Positions 8,728 through 19,823 of a stretch of DNA of 64,000 nucleotides are shown here, piece by piece. Each line of letters starts with the position of its first letter. The first letter of the stretch is position 1. The stretch is from contig CAZGOA010000001.1 in the NCBI GenBank assembly GCA_964527425.1, positions 179,273 through 243,272 of the forward strand, given 5' to 3'. Position numbers and translations under genes: made by a program. The notes below the pieces were generated by a model. It was not told the DNA's origin, ran no database searches, and saw only the letters and a list, made by a program, of their open reading frames with translations. Source of the stretch: an uncultured Gammaproteobacteria bacterium (GTDB lineage Bacteria; Patescibacteriota; Microgenomatia; UBA10105; UBA927).

Positions 8728-9572
8728 AACATCTTGGCACTATACTATTAATTTCTCGTCCTAGATTTTGGGGATATTTAGTTGGACCATATGTAATTGG
8801 ATATGTAGCAGGAATACAGTCTCTCAATCAATTTAGTGAGACTATATTTTCTATTCACTTTTTTTACTTTCTGATTGTAGCCAACATTCTTGTTTATGGG
8901 GTTAACGATTTATTCGACAAAGACACGGATGTAAACAATACTAAAAAAGAATCTAAAGAATATGTTTTAGCACGTTCAAGCCATCATCTGCTAAAACTAT
9001 TAATTGGACTTAGTATTGCTTTTTCCGTATTGTTGATTTTATTACAGCCATCTCTTAATGACAGCTTACTATTATTACTTTTTTTAATTCTAGCAATTAG
9101 CTATAGTGCTCCTCCCATTCGGTTTAAATCAAGAATAGTCTTAGATTTTTCTTCAAATATTTTATACGCAATTCCTGGATTTTTAGCATTTAATCACATA
9201 ACAGGATCACTACCTTCTTTCCTATTTATTTTTTCTGCGTTTTGTTGGACCAGTGCTATGCATTTATTTTCTGCTATTCCTGATATTATTCCAGATAAAA
9301 CTGCAGGCATACGAACTACTGCTGTATGGCTAGGAGATAAGAAATCACTACTACTATGCAGTATGTTATGGCTGTTAAGTATTCTGCCCATTCTATCAAC
9401 ACTTTTTCCTTTTTCATTATTAGGTTTTATTTATCCACTCATTCCCTTATATCTTTACCGACACAAAAAGCTTATTGAAACTTTTTATTGGAAGTTTCCT
9501 ATAATTACTATGACTTTGGGGTGCTTACTTTTTTTTATAGTACTGTTGTCCAAGATATATGTACAATATTAG
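8724..9572 (+). CDS. UbiA-family prenyltransferase, lycopene elongase (CrtEb/LyeJ-like)
   Basis: ISRPRFW, YGVNDLFDKDTD, YSAPPIRFK, AMHLFSAIPDI; located in the crt cluster. Confidence 0.8.
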   Translation: MKHLGTILLISRPRFWGYLVGPYVIGYVAGIQSLNQFSETIFSIHFFYFLIVANILVYGVNDLFDKDTDVNNTKKESKEYVLARSSHHLLKLLIGLSIAFSVLLILLQPSLNDSLLLLLFLILAISYSAPPIRFKSRIVLDFSSNILYAIPGFLAFNHITGSLPSFLFIFSAFCWTSAMHLFSAIPDIIPDKTAGIRTTAVWLGDKKSLLLCSMLWLLSILPILSTLFPFSLLGFIYPLIPLYLYRHKKLIETFYWKFPIITMTLGCLLFFIVLLSKIYVQY

Positions 9573-10260
9573 CATTGTTATCCCCTGTCTAAACGAAGAA
9601 AAACATATAGGATTATTATTATCCGATTTAAAGCAACAATCGATCAAACCCGTTGAAATACTCGTTATTGATGGAGGATCTTCTGATTCTACTGAGCAAA
9701 TTGTAAATTCGTATTCAGACGTAACACTTATAAAAACAAGAAAAAAAGTAGGGTATCAACGGAATGTAGGTGGAGAGAAAGCAAAAGGGAATTTGATTGT
9801 CTTTTTAGATGCTGACGTAAGACTATCCGTACACTTTATCAGTCGAATCGTATCTTATTTTAGTAAAACAAAGATTGATATTGGATGTCCGTATTACTTC
9901 CCCTATAAATCAACAATTCTCATCAACTTAGTATACATACTTTTTAATAGTTTATTTTTTATTTTCCAAAAAATAAGTCCCAGCGGTGCTGGATCTTGTA
10001 TTGCTGTCTCTAAAAAACACTTTCTTTCTATTGGAGGATTTGATAGTACCCTTACCTATGATGATATTGCATTTATTCGCAAAGGCGGCAGAATGGGTAG
10101 ATTTGGAATGATACCTGCAACCATTCAGGTATCAGATAGACGTTTTAGAAAATATGGATTAGTAAAAACTACTTTTCTCTATATGCTTTTATCATTTTTC
10201 TTTCTAATCGGACAATTTAGAATTGCAAATATTGTTCCTTATACATTTGATTCTTATTGA
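9559..10260 (+). CDS. Glycosyltransferase family 2
   Basis: SIVIPCLNEE, IDGGSSDST, FLDAD, VSDRRF. Confidence 0.85.
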   Translation: MYNISIVIPCLNEEKHIGLLLSDLKQQSIKPVEILVIDGGSSDSTEQIVNSYSDVTLIKTRKKVGYQRNVGGEKAKGNLIVFLDADVRLSVHFISRIVSYFSKTKIDIGCPYYFPYKSTILINLVYILFNSLFFIFQKISPSGAGSCIAVSKKHFLSIGGFDSTLTYDDIAFIRKGGRMGRFGMIPATIQVSDRRFRKYGLVKTTFLYMLLSFFFLIGQFRIANIVPYTFDSY

Positions 10261-10440
10261 GAACGTTTTATAAAGGGTAGCAGATTTGTATCTCAAAATA
10301 ACTTTTATTTTTTACTAATCTATTGAGACGTATTAGAATACTAAATAAATGCTAGTCAGCTGTCTTCATTCTAGTTCTACATTGTAATCAAAAGTTGAGT
10401 GAATACAAAAAAAAGAGCAAGAAGAATAACAAAAGTTTAC

Positions 10441-11037
10441 TTATATGAATTGTTTAAGTATTTGTACATCTTCAAGCAAGGTAGTCTTCATTCCACCGTT
10501 ATATAAAGCAAAAGCTGGATGATATAAGGGAACTAAAGAAACAATACCATATGGAACTTTGATTGGAATTACTTTTCCATGTAGTTCTGATATCGATTTA
10601 TTTTTCTCTTCTGAATTAAACTTGGTTAGTAAATAGGTCATAGAAAATCTTCCTAGAGTGACTATTACTTTGGGTTCAATTATTGTTAATAGTTCTATTA
10701 ATATTGGTGCATATAATTCTATTTCTTCTGGTTTGGGATCACGATTTTTCGGTGGTCTATCGTTAACAATATTCGTTATATAAATATCAGACCTGTTCAG
10801 ATTAATTGAACCTAATAATTTATCTAACATTTTACCTGCTGCTCCATTAAATGGTCTTCCTGTTTCTGCTTCTTTTTGACCTGGAGCCTCCCCAACAAAT
10901 ACAATCGGTGATGAAAGGTTACCTTCTCCTAAAACATAGTGATAATTATTTTCTTTTCTGTATGTATATAGGGATGACTCTGTCAAAGTTTCTAATGTTT
11001 GTTTTAGTTTTTCTGAAGCTTGTTGCTTATCTACCAT
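10441..11037 (-). CDS. Uracil-DNA glycosylase family 4
   Basis: FVGEAPGQKE, YITNIV..RPP.NRDP, LYHPA. Confidence 0.9.
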   Translation of the reverse strand: MVDKQQASEKLKQTLETLTESSLYTYRKENNYHYVLGEGNLSSPIVFVGEAPGQKEAETGRPFNGAAGKMLDKLLGSINLNRSDIYITNIVNDRPPKNRDPKPEEIELYAPILIELLTIIEPKVIVTLGRFSMTYLLTKFNSEEKNKSISELHGKVIPIKVPYGIVSLVPLYHPAFALYNGGMKTTLLEDVQILKQFI

Positions 11038-11119
11038 ATATAACTTTCATTATACCTAATGCTATAACTTGAAATCACTAAGAAATGCATTTATAAAGCT
11101 ACTGATATAATCGCAATAC

Positions 11120-11779
11120 ATGAAGGTTGTTGTTTTATCAGTGTTCGTTTTTATATCTGGATGTGTGGTTGCTGGATTATTATTTTTTTCTTTACAAAGT
11201 AATTTAAATGATCAAGTTATCATGACTCCTATAGCTACTGGTTCCCCTTTGTTATCTTCACACTTTTCTATTAATAACGCTCCTGCTCTCTCTACAAAAG
11301 GTCTCATTCTGCAACTAGAAGGAGAAGTGCTCTGGGAATCTAGAATAGCAACTGAGCCATCTGCTCTCGTTGCTCATACTATTTTGCAGCAAGGAGAATC
11401 TTTAATAACTGGAAAAGATGGCAGCGTAACTGTTTCCTTTGCTGAAGCTGCATCTTTAGAATTATCTAATAATTCTAAAGTAGATATTATTCAAACATTA
11501 CCGGTTGATATAGTTTTTTTGCAGCAAAAGGGTATTATAACGTATCAAGCATTCAAGTCTTCTGTATCAATCCGAAGTAATCGACTTCTTACCACTATTC
11601 GCAACGGTTCTTTGCGTATTAATATTGATGAAAAATTACGAATTGTTACAGTCACTGTTTTAAATGGACAAGCAATCGTTGCGTACAATAATGCTAATAT
11701 AATAAGCCAAACACACGTCCTCAATGCTGGTGATTCGTTTAGATTTGAAAGTGATCAACGCGAGGGAAAACTAAATTAA
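11120..11779 (+). CDS. Membrane-anchored FecR-like beta-domain protein
   Basis: N-terminal TM; LQQGESLITGKDGSVTVSF...LELSNNSKV; VTVLNGQAIV. Confidence 0.6.
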   Translation: MKVVVLSVFVFISGCVVAGLLFFSLQSNLNDQVIMTPIATGSPLLSSHFSINNAPALSTKGLILQLEGEVLWESRIATEPSALVAHTILQQGESLITGKDGSVTVSFAEAASLELSNNSKVDIIQTLPVDIVFLQQKGIITYQAFKSSVSIRSNRLLTTIRNGSLRINIDEKLRIVTVTVLNGQAIVAYNNANIISQTHVLNAGDSFRFESDQREGKLN

Positions 11780-12951
11780 TAATTCTTATATGTTGATAAT
11801 GGATTTAGAATTGTACTTCCTTCATATCCTAAAGCCCATACAGCTAATCCTCTTAACTGATACTCTTTTGCCAGTTGAATTTTTTGAGATGTAGCATATT
11901 CATCAGGATAAAATAAATGATGAAACGTTCCTGTTTTTTCGTCTTTATATATTGTATATGCTTCTTTTGCATACTCATCTCTCTTATGAATACAATTAGT
12001 GCATGATGCAATTAGCTCTTCCACTCTCCTATTGCTTATGACTAATCCTGTGGTAGGAATGACCGCTGATCTTGGATTTTCGTGTAAAGCCTCCCATTGA
12101 TATCCATATAATGGAACTCCTAATATAATTTTTTCTTTTGGTAATACTTCTAATGCTTTCATAACACCTGTTTTTATATCAAATTCTGCTTCTATTCCTG
12201 CACCACCAATTGGAGCTACAGGTCCTGTTACATGAGAACCAACATAATGATAGTCATAGGTCATAAGCACTATATAATCAACATATGGTTCAACACCATG
12301 TAAATCTATAAGTCGTTTTTTTATCAAGTCTGTTGGGCTTGCATCAATTGTTATAGTACCTAACTGTAGATTATCCATTTCTGTTTTAATAGTTTTAATA
12401 AATTCGATAAAATTTAATCTAGCTGAATCGGAAGCCTCAACTACACTTTCAATATCAATATTAAGATCGGTAAATTCTTTTTGTTTCATTAGAGGAGCGA
12501 CTTGCTCAACTACAGTTTTTGCGTGCTTAATAGGATCAGCTAGAAGTTGGTTAATTTCTTCTGTATTACCATTAAATAATAAAAGAGATCGTTTAATATT
12601 GTGCTGTTTTGCTTTTTGTAAAAATGAATCAACATTACCTGACTGTAATTGGTACCATCCCGGTTCTGATTCAGTAGGATTGGTAAATTTTTGAATTGTG
12701 CCGTCAGGAGAAATTATTAACCCAAAATAAGTAAGTGTAGTAATAAACGGACTATACTCTTTGTTCGCTTTAGAAAGTAACCAATATGGTAAAAATCCTA
12801 TGATCTCTGGTCGTTGAGAAGAGTTCAATTTACTTTCAATTAATATTGAAGTATTAGATAATTCTTCATCTGAGAAATATCTATGAAAGAAAAAAATTGT
12901 ACTAAAAAAACCAATCAAAAAAATAATGAAAAAAAGAAAAAATCGTATCAA
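11776..12951 (-). CDS. Glycoside hydrolase family 18 (YaaH/SleL-like), membrane anchored
   Basis: IGFLPYW, TDLNIDIE, MTYDYH, ILGVPLYGY, GLAVWALGYE. Confidence 0.85.
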   Translation of the reverse strand: MIRFFLFFIIFLIGFFSTIFFFHRYFSDEELSNTSILIESKLNSSQRPEIIGFLPYWLLSKANKEYSPFITTLTYFGLIISPDGTIQKFTNPTESEPGWYQLQSGNVDSFLQKAKQHNIKRSLLLFNGNTEEINQLLADPIKHAKTVVEQVAPLMKQKEFTDLNIDIESVVEASDSARLNFIEFIKTIKTEMDNLQLGTITIDASPTDLIKKRLIDLHGVEPYVDYIVLMTYDYHYVGSHVTGPVAPIGGAGIEAEFDIKTGVMKALEVLPKEKIILGVPLYGYQWEALHENPRSAVIPTTGLVISNRRVEELIASCTNCIHKRDEYAKEAYTIYKDEKTGTFHHLFYPDEYATSQKIQLAKEYQLRGLAVWALGYEGSTILNPLSTYKNY

Positions 12952-13216
12952 GGTTTTTAATTATATCATCTAGTTTTCTAACTTATTGATAAGTTAATAC
13001 AGAAATATCAATGTATAAACGACGACATGTCATATGATGTTTAGGTAATCTTCTATTGTCGTTCTCATAAGTTACTAATTCTGCTTGAATACCCATTTTC
13101 TCTTATAGTTTGGCTATCTTTTGATTTTTTATTATCTATCCCAGTCTTGATTTTATCTGTACAATATCTACTGTTTTGAGTTTGAGAAAAAACTGTTTAG
13201 TCGATTTCTCATTTGT

Positions 13217-13891
13217 TTAGGGGTACATGTTTTGGTTAACTTTTCCTAACACGATAATCGTCCGTGAACGTTCTTCTTGAGGTAATGTATAAGGCACTAG
13301 TAATTTAATACTTATTTTAAACTGTCCAAAGATTTCTTTGCTGAGTTGAATTTCTTCTCCTGCATTATTTCCTTTCATAGCAATGGCTATTCCAGTTGGT
13401 TTAATAAATGGTACAAGATTCGGTATTAAAACAGGCAACTGAGCTACAGCTCTAGCAACTGCTACATCAAAATGTGATAGATATTGTTTTTGTTTTATTA
13501 GTTCTTCTGCTCTTGTAGGAATCACAGTTATATCTTTTAATTGCAATGCGTGGATCACATCATTACAAAAATTTGCTTTTTTTTGAGTTGATTCAACAAG
13601 TGTAATGTTCATTGTGGGGTAAACAATTTTTAACACTATTCCTGGAAACCCTGCACCTGTGCCAATATCTATACAAGATGAGGGAATCGTATTTTTTTTC
13701 CATGCAAGTGAACAACTCATAGAGTCTATAAAATGTTTTCTTTTTACGTCTTCAGACAATCGTATTGCGGTTAAATTTATCTTCTGATTACGCTCTAATA
13801 AAATTTGCTCATACAGTTGAAATTGAGTAAGCTGTAACGGTGTCAAATGTATAGCAAATAATTGTTCAGCTTGTTTTCTAAAGTTATCCAT
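13217..13891 (-). CDS. rsmG: 16S rRNA m7G527 methyltransferase
   Basis: INLTAI, HFIDS, DIGTGAGFPG, ARAVA. Confidence 0.95.
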   Translation of the reverse strand: MDNFRKQAEQLFAIHLTPLQLTQFQLYEQILLERNQKINLTAIRLSEDVKRKHFIDSMSCSLAWKKNTIPSSCIDIGTGAGFPGIVLKIVYPTMNITLVESTQKKANFCNDVIHALQLKDITVIPTRAEELIKQKQYLSHFDVAVARAVAQLPVLIPNLVPFIKPTGIAIAMKGNNAGEEIQLSKEIFGQFKISIKLLVPYTLPQEERSRTIIVLGKVNQNMYP

Positions 13892-14005
13892 ATTGCTATA
13901 GTATACTAATATTTTCTGCCCACAATTATTTATGTAGTATCTGTTCTATGAACTGTGTGCATTGAATAGAAACTACGATTATTTTAACTGCCCTTCAATA
14001 CTAGT

Positions 14006-14662
14006 ATGTTACCGAGTGTATTTTTTTTTCTTTTGCAACTCTATAAACAATTTGAAACATCTGTAAGCCATAATCAACAAAAGACTATTTTACTATCATT
14101 ACCCTCACCTACTCCTTTTTTGGATTCTCATAAAACCCAAACAGTACCCATACCATCACAAACACCCTTATTAAACCCAACGATACGACTTTCCAGGACG
14201 CCAACTCCTTTACCAATACCCACTAGCACACATACTCCAACCACGATTCCCACTCCCGTCCCAACTACAATACCTACGCCTATCCCGACCACAAATTCTA
14301 TTCAAAATGGACTGCTTATCGAAGTTAACAAGTTTCGGAAAGAACATACTAAGCACGACTTAACTGAACACAATAAACTTTGTAGTATTGCAAATGAGCG
14401 ATTGCACTCATTACAACAACGTACAACCTTAGATAATCATGAAGGATTTCAACAGTATACGGAGCTTTTAAAACAATCATTTTCGTTTTGGGGTGAAGTT
14501 ATTCATTATAGTGAACCTCCAAAGACACCATCTGGTATAGTTTTTGAAGGATGGGCCTTCAGTGAGGGTCACAAACAAACACTATTAAGTGAAGAAGCGT
14601 TTTATGGTTGTGGAGCTCATGGTGGAGGATTTGCAGTCTTTTTAGTGAGTAAAGGGAAATAA
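14006..14662 (+). CDS. CAP (SCP) domain protein with Pro/Thr linker
   Basis: PTT/PTP repeats, VNKFRKEH, NHEGF, WAFSEGH; start uncertain. Confidence 0.7.
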   Translation: MLPSVFFFLLQLYKQFETSVSHNQQKTILLSLPSPTPFLDSHKTQTVPIPSQTPLLNPTIRLSRTPTPLPIPTSTHTPTTIPTPVPTTIPTPIPTTNSIQNGLLIEVNKFRKEHTKHDLTEHNKLCSIANERLHSLQQRTTLDNHEGFQQYTELLKQSFSFWGEVIHYSEPPKTPSGIVFEGWAFSEGHKQTLLSEEAFYGCGAHGGGFAVFLVSKGK

Positions 14663-14679
14663 TATAGTATTTATATTGT

Positions 14680-15747
14680 ATGAAGATTAAACATCACATT
14701 GCAGCTGTGTTTCTCATACTTGGACTTATTGTTACAAGTATCACTGTTATTGAATTATTACCCCAACAAACAACACGTTCTCCAGTTTCTATTCTTACAG
14801 AACAACAGCCAACTATATCAAAAGAACCTTTTGTTTTTTCTGCAATACTAACACCAAATAATCCTGAAGGATTAGTAAGTCTTCAAAATGCTGTTGGAAT
14901 GATTTCTTCTTTAACTCCACAATGGTATACACTGCAAACCAATGGATTACTTGAAGTTTTACCTTCAACTCAAAAAGAAGAAATCATTCAAATTGCAAAA
15001 GAAGAACAGATACTACTTTTTCCTATTGTTGAGAATGCACTTGACCCATTAACAACTGCTGGCTTTTTGAAATCTGAAGTAAAGCAATCTGCATTTATAG
15101 AAAATCTATTATCAACTATTAAACAAGAGCAGTTTGATGGAATTACTCTTCATTGGGAACGAATTAATCCAGAAAATGGTGATGACTTTACTGCATTTGT
15201 TAATACTGTGTATCAATCTCTACATAAGGAACAGAAAAAACTTATTCTGATAGTTCCTCCAAAAACTGGTAAGCCTGGTGATTCTCTCTTTTCAAAAACG
15301 TACGACTGGATAGCTCTTTCTAAAGTTTCCGATTATATATTTGTCACTGGATATGATTACTATACTCCACCCAAAAATCCTGGACCTGTTACACCTCATA
15401 ACTGGTTTATTGATATTATTTCATATGCAAAAACAAGCATTCCATTAGAAAATCTTGTGATTTCTCTTCCATTATATGGATATGATTGGACAGAAAAAGA
15501 TACTAAGAAAGTGTCTTTTAAAGATTTTGAACAAATACCACCGTTTGAGGATATTCAACCAATTCGGGATTCGTTATCAAAAACAGTGTATTTAGAGTAT
15601 ATTGCCAGTAATAGTAGCCATATCATTTGGATGGAAGATTCCCAAAGCATAATGAAGAAAATCCAGGAAGCAAATAAACTCGGTATTAATCAGTTTAATT
15701 TTTACTATCTCGGTGGTGAAGATAGCTCACTGTGGTCACTACTATGA
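14680..15747 (+). CDS. Glycoside hydrolase family 18-like protein
   Basis: FDGITLHWE, GYDYY..PGPVTP, LPLYGYDW, LGGED. Confidence 0.8.
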   Translation: MKIKHHIAAVFLILGLIVTSITVIELLPQQTTRSPVSILTEQQPTISKEPFVFSAILTPNNPEGLVSLQNAVGMISSLTPQWYTLQTNGLLEVLPSTQKEEIIQIAKEEQILLFPIVENALDPLTTAGFLKSEVKQSAFIENLLSTIKQEQFDGITLHWERINPENGDDFTAFVNTVYQSLHKEQKKLILIVPPKTGKPGDSLFSKTYDWIALSKVSDYIFVTGYDYYTPPKNPGPVTPHNWFIDIISYAKTSIPLENLVISLPLYGYDWTEKDTKKVSFKDFEQIPPFEDIQPIRDSLSKTVYLEYIASNSSHIIWMEDSQSIMKKIQEANKLGINQFNFYYLGGEDSSLWSLL

Positions 15748-16319
15748 CAGGCCGTACTCATGATCTCTGTGGATTTACACTACTTAATATTATTTTTGTT
15801 ACTGTACCTATGCCATCAATGACAGTAGCAACAGCTTTTGGTGCTTTTTCGATGGTATTTATTGGTGCTTTAACCCCTGATATAGACCAACCTACTGCTG
15901 ATTTATGGAGAAGACTGCCTGCTGGAAATATTATTGGTCGAATTATTTCACCAATACTTGGAAGTCATCGGATGATTTCACATTCATTGATTGGAGCTGC
16001 ACTATTTGCATATGGTTCTAACATACTGCTTTCAAAATTATCATCAATTATCCTATTGGACATGACCATTCTGTGGCATGGTTTTATGATTGGATTTATT
16101 TCTCATCTGCTAATTGATTTATTGAATCGAGATGGACTACCTTTATTTTTCCCTTTTCCTTTCAAATTTGGTATACCCCCAATAAAACGATATCGAATAC
16201 GTTCTGGAGGAATGATTGAAAAAACAATATTATTCCCTTTACTTATGATTTTTAATGGTTATATTATTTGGACGCACTATCAATTGTACGTTGATTTTTT
16301 TCAGCAACAAATGCGGTAA
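15744..16319 (+). CDS. YdjM-like membrane metal-dependent hydrolase
   Basis: MTGRTH, PDID, HRMISHS, SHLLIDLLN; ATG overlaps the upstream stop. Confidence 0.85.
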   Translation: MTGRTHDLCGFTLLNIIFVTVPMPSMTVATAFGAFSMVFIGALTPDIDQPTADLWRRLPAGNIIGRIISPILGSHRMISHSLIGAALFAYGSNILLSKLSSIILLDMTILWHGFMIGFISHLLIDLLNRDGLPLFFPFPFKFGIPPIKRYRIRSGGMIEKTILFPLLMIFNGYIIWTHYQLYVDFFQQQMR

Positions 16320-16377
16320 TTAGATAAGACCAGTAATGATATAGTGAAAGAATAGACTAATTTATTGTTAGTAGTTT

Positions 16378-17334
16378 ATGCATATTTATAATTCTTCATA
16401 TCGTCGTAGATATCACAGATCAATAATTCCTAAATTACTACAGTTAAGTGTTGTCATCATTATTGGTGGTGTACTGTTTGTCTTGTTCCGTCGATTAACG
16501 ACAGCTCCACTTGTGTCTCCAATAGCTCTTGCTCAAACACCTCAACTGCAAAATATTAGAGTTACTCCAACTATAACAATAAAAACAGCAAGTGAATTAG
16601 AAAAGAGAATAATTGACCAAATTGACAGCACAGTCCCGAAGTACTCAATTATTGTTGATGATTTTTTACGACCATTACGTATTGAATTAGGTGATCAAAT
16701 TATCTATGAAGGTGCATCAGTACTTAAAATACCAATATTATTTACACTGTTAAAACAAATAGAACAAGAGACTATTAGCTGGGATAAAAAGATAGTATTT
16801 GAAGAACGAGATAGACAAGATTATGGTACTGGATCAATAAGATACCAGCCGGCAGGGAAGCAATTTACTATTCGACAACTTGCAGAACTGATGATGAAAC
16901 AGAGCGATAATACAGCTGCATACATTATTGCCAACCGAGTGGTATCCTTGCAGGAAATACAAGATAACGTTATATCTTGGGGATTAGAAGATACAGATAT
17001 GTTCGAAAACACTACTACGAACAAGGATATAAATATCCTGATGAAACAATTTTTCATTGGTAAATTATTTACTGCTTCACTAACCAGAGAAGCCAGTGAA
17101 TTATTTAGAGATAGTTTGTATGAAGATAGACTTCCTGCACTGCTTCCAAAACAGGTAAAAATTTATCACAAGATTGGTACTGCCATAGCTGGATTACATG
17201 ATGTGGGAATTGTTGTAACACCTACTTCTCTCTATTATATTGGAGTCTTTACCAAAGGGGTTTCCGATGAACCAGGTGCCACAAAAACAATCGGAAAAAT
17301 TTCTAAAGCGGTATTTGATTATATGGAAGAGTAA
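16378..17334 (+). CDS. Serine hydrolase (class A beta-lactamase-like fold)
   Basis: ASVLK (SxxK), SDN, HKIG motifs; N-terminal TM. Confidence 0.85.
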   Translation: MHIYNSSYRRRYHRSIIPKLLQLSVVIIIGGVLFVLFRRLTTAPLVSPIALAQTPQLQNIRVTPTITIKTASELEKRIIDQIDSTVPKYSIIVDDFLRPLRIELGDQIIYEGASVLKIPILFTLLKQIEQETISWDKKIVFEERDRQDYGTGSIRYQPAGKQFTIRQLAELMMKQSDNTAAYIIANRVVSLQEIQDNVISWGLEDTDMFENTTTNKDINILMKQFFIGKLFTASLTREASELFRDSLYEDRLPALLPKQVKIYHKIGTAIAGLHDVGIVVTPTSLYYIGVFTKGVSDEPGATKTIGKISKAVFDYMEE

Positions 17335-19818
17335 TTAAGTACTTTTTTGTTGTATGGGTTTTACCAAAGCTATATTTAGAACTTCGTCCATATGATCTAC
17401 AAAATGAAATTGCAGTTCTTTCTGTACACTTTCAGGAATATCATCTAAATCTTTTTTATTATTTTTTGGCAAGATTACTTCCTTTATTCCTGCTCTATGT
17501 GCTGCTAATACTTTTTCTTTCACTCCACCTATTTCTAATACTCTCCCCCTTAATGTAACTTCACCAGTCATAGAGACATCTTTTTTTACAGGTGTTTTGG
17601 TAAACGCAGATACAATAGCTGTAGTTATAGCTGCTCCTGCTGATGGCCCATCTTTGGGTATAGCTCCTTCTGGAACGTGAATATGCACATCTACTTTACT
17701 AAAAAATGTTTCTTTTAATTTGAGATCGTTCCATTTGCTACGCACATACGATAACGCAGCTTGTCCAGATTCCTTCATAACATCACCTAATTGACCTGTT
17801 AAGAGCAGTGAGCCTTTCCCTGGCATAAGGGCTACTTCTATAAAAAGAATATCTCCTCCTGCTTCTGTATATGCCATCCCTGTTGACATACCCACAGTGT
17901 CTGTTGAGTCTGCAAGCTGTGATGCAAATTTATATGGACCTAAATAACCGTGTAAATCATCAGGGGTTACATGGAATGTTTTTTGAGCATCTTCATCTGC
18001 GAGCTTCCGTGCAATTTTACGGTATAACCGTGCTACTTCTCTTTCCAGACTTCTTACGCCTGCTTCTCTTGTGTAGCGACGAATTATTTGATAGATTGCT
18101 TCATCTGTTACTGTAACGATTCCGTTTGGAACTCCGTGTACTTCTCTTTGTTTTTCTATAAGAAAATCTTTTACAATATGAAACTTTTCTTCTTCTGTAT
18201 ATCCAGCAAATCGAATTACTTCTAATCTATCTCGCAAAGCAGGCGGAATAGTATCCAGTAAATTACATGTAGTAATAAAAAATACTTCTGAAAGATCAAA
18301 CGGTACATCAAGATAGTGATCCTGAAAAGCAAAATTTTGCTCTGGATCTAGAGCTTCCAGTAACGCAGAAGATGGATCTCCTCGGAAATCATTTCCGACT
18401 TTATCTATTTCATCTAACATAAATACCGGATTTTTGGTTCCTGCCTGTTTCATTCCTTGAATTATTCTTCCTGGTAAAGCTCCAACATAGGTTCTTCTGT
18501 GACCTCTAATTTCTGCTTCATCTCTAATACCACCTAAGGACATTTTTACAAATTTTCTACCGAGTGATTTTGCAATTGATCTACCAATAGATGTCTTTCC
18601 TACTCCTGGTGGACCTACAAAACACAATATTGTTGGTGATGATTTTGCTTTTCTTTCTAAGATATCAAGTTCTTTCTTTTTCTCGTCTTTATTTTTTGTT
18701 TGAGATTTTCCATTTTCTTTTGTGTTAGTTGTTTTTTCAGCCGTATTTGCGTCTTCTTTTTCCAATGTTTGTGCCATCTGTCGGCGCAATTTCATGACTG
18801 CTAAATATTCTAAAATTCTTTCTTTCATCTTTTTTAAACCATAATGATCTTTATTTAAAACACTTTCAGCTTCGTGGATATTTACATCCATCGGTGTTTC
18901 AATATTCCATGGCATTTCAACTAACGTATCAAGATAGGTACGAACGTAAGAAGCCTCTGGATTATATTGAGACATTTGTTTTAAACGGGTTAACTCTTTT
19001 TCTGCTTTTTTGCGTACTTCTTCAGGCATTCCAGCTTTTTTGATCTTATCTTCTAAATCTCTAAATTCTTTTCCATCTTCCTCCCCTAATTCTTTTTCTA
19101 TTGTTTTCATTCTCTCGCGTAATACTTGTTCGCGAATATTCTTATCAAATTTTTCTTGTGTTTTATTGGCAATCTTTTTTTCTAATTCAAGAATCTTTAC
19201 TTCTTTGGCAAGAAAGGAGGCTTCTTTTTCAAGCCTACTACGTACTGAATTTGTTTCTAATAAATCTTGTCTATCGTCAGGTTTTAAATCCAATATGCCT
19301 GCAATCTGATAGGACAATTCTAGAGATCCTAAACCAGACATAATATTCATGAATGTCAAAAAATCTAATGATTTACCCATGTTCACCGCTTTTCTCAATT
19401 CCCCTACTAGATGATTCACTAAAGCCTTCATTTCATCATTATCTTCAACAACATCGGCAACCTCTAGAACTCTAGCTGTATAAAATGGTTCAGTTTCCTC
19501 ATAGGAAAGGATAGATACTTTAGATACACCTCGCACTAATGCATTAATTTCTCCATCGTTTCTCATCATTTGAACAATTTCCCCTATTGTTCCAGTAGAA
19601 TATAAATCATTGGGAGAAGGATCATTTAAACTCGGATTTCGCTGCATTGCTAATGCTATTCGTTTTCCTGCCTGAAAGGCTGCTTCTATTGCGGATACAG
19701 ATTTTTGCCTGCCGAATGTTAAAATCATTTCTGTTCCTGGATAAACTATCCCATCTCGAATAGGGACTACAGGTAATATTATTTCTGAATTGTTGGTAAG
19801 AAAGTTTGTATCGTTCAT
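17335..19818 (-). CDS. lon: ATP-dependent protease La
   Basis: [30 protein letters not shown]; the ATG at 19818 lies downstream of the promoter/CIRCE. Confidence 0.97.
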   Translation of the reverse strand: MNDTNFLTNNSEIILPVVPIRDGIVYPGTEMILTFGRQKSVSAIEAAFQAGKRIALAMQRNPSLNDPSPNDLYSTGTIGEIVQMMRNDGEINALVRGVSKVSILSYEETEPFYTARVLEVADVVEDNDEMKALVNHLVGELRKAVNMGKSLDFLTFMNIMSGLGSLELSYQIAGILDLKPDDRQDLLETNSVRSRLEKEASFLAKEVKILELEKKIANKTQEKFDKNIREQVLRERMKTIEKELGEEDGKEFRDLEDKIKKAGMPEEVRKKAEKELTRLKQMSQYNPEASYVRTYLDTLVEMPWNIETPMDVNIHEAESVLNKDHYGLKKMKERILEYLAVMKLRRQMAQTLEKEDANTAEKTTNTKENGKSQTKNKDEKKKELDILERKAKSSPTILCFVGPPGVGKTSIGRSIAKSLGRKFVKMSLGGIRDEAEIRGHRRTYVGALPGRIIQGMKQAGTKNPVFMLDEIDKVGNDFRGDPSSALLEALDPEQNFAFQDHYLDVPFDLSEVFFITTCNLLDTIPPALRDRLEVIRFAGYTEEEKFHIVKDFLIEKQREVHGVPNGIVTVTDEAIYQIIRRYTREAGVRSLEREVARLYRKIARKLADEDAQKTFHVTPDDLHGYLGPYKFASQLADSTDTVGMSTGMAYTEAGGDILFIEVALMPGKGSLLLTGQLGDVMKESGQAALSYVRSKWNDLKLKETFFSKVDVHIHVPEGAIPKDGPSAGAAITTAIVSAFTKTPVKKDVSMTGEVTLRGRVLEIGGVKEKVLAAHRAGIKEVILPKNNKKDLDDIPESVQKELQFHFVDHMDEVLNIALVKPIQQKST

Positions 19819-19823
19819 ATGTT

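Noticed and set aside
14200-14295. Low-complexity CCN/ACN repeats
   Set aside because: They encode an ordinary Pro/Thr linker of the CAP protein.
16378-17334. True beta-lactamase resistance gene
   Set aside because: Membrane-anchored, lacks a clear E166 omega-loop signature and sits among wall hydrolases; a PBP-like hydrolase is more likely.
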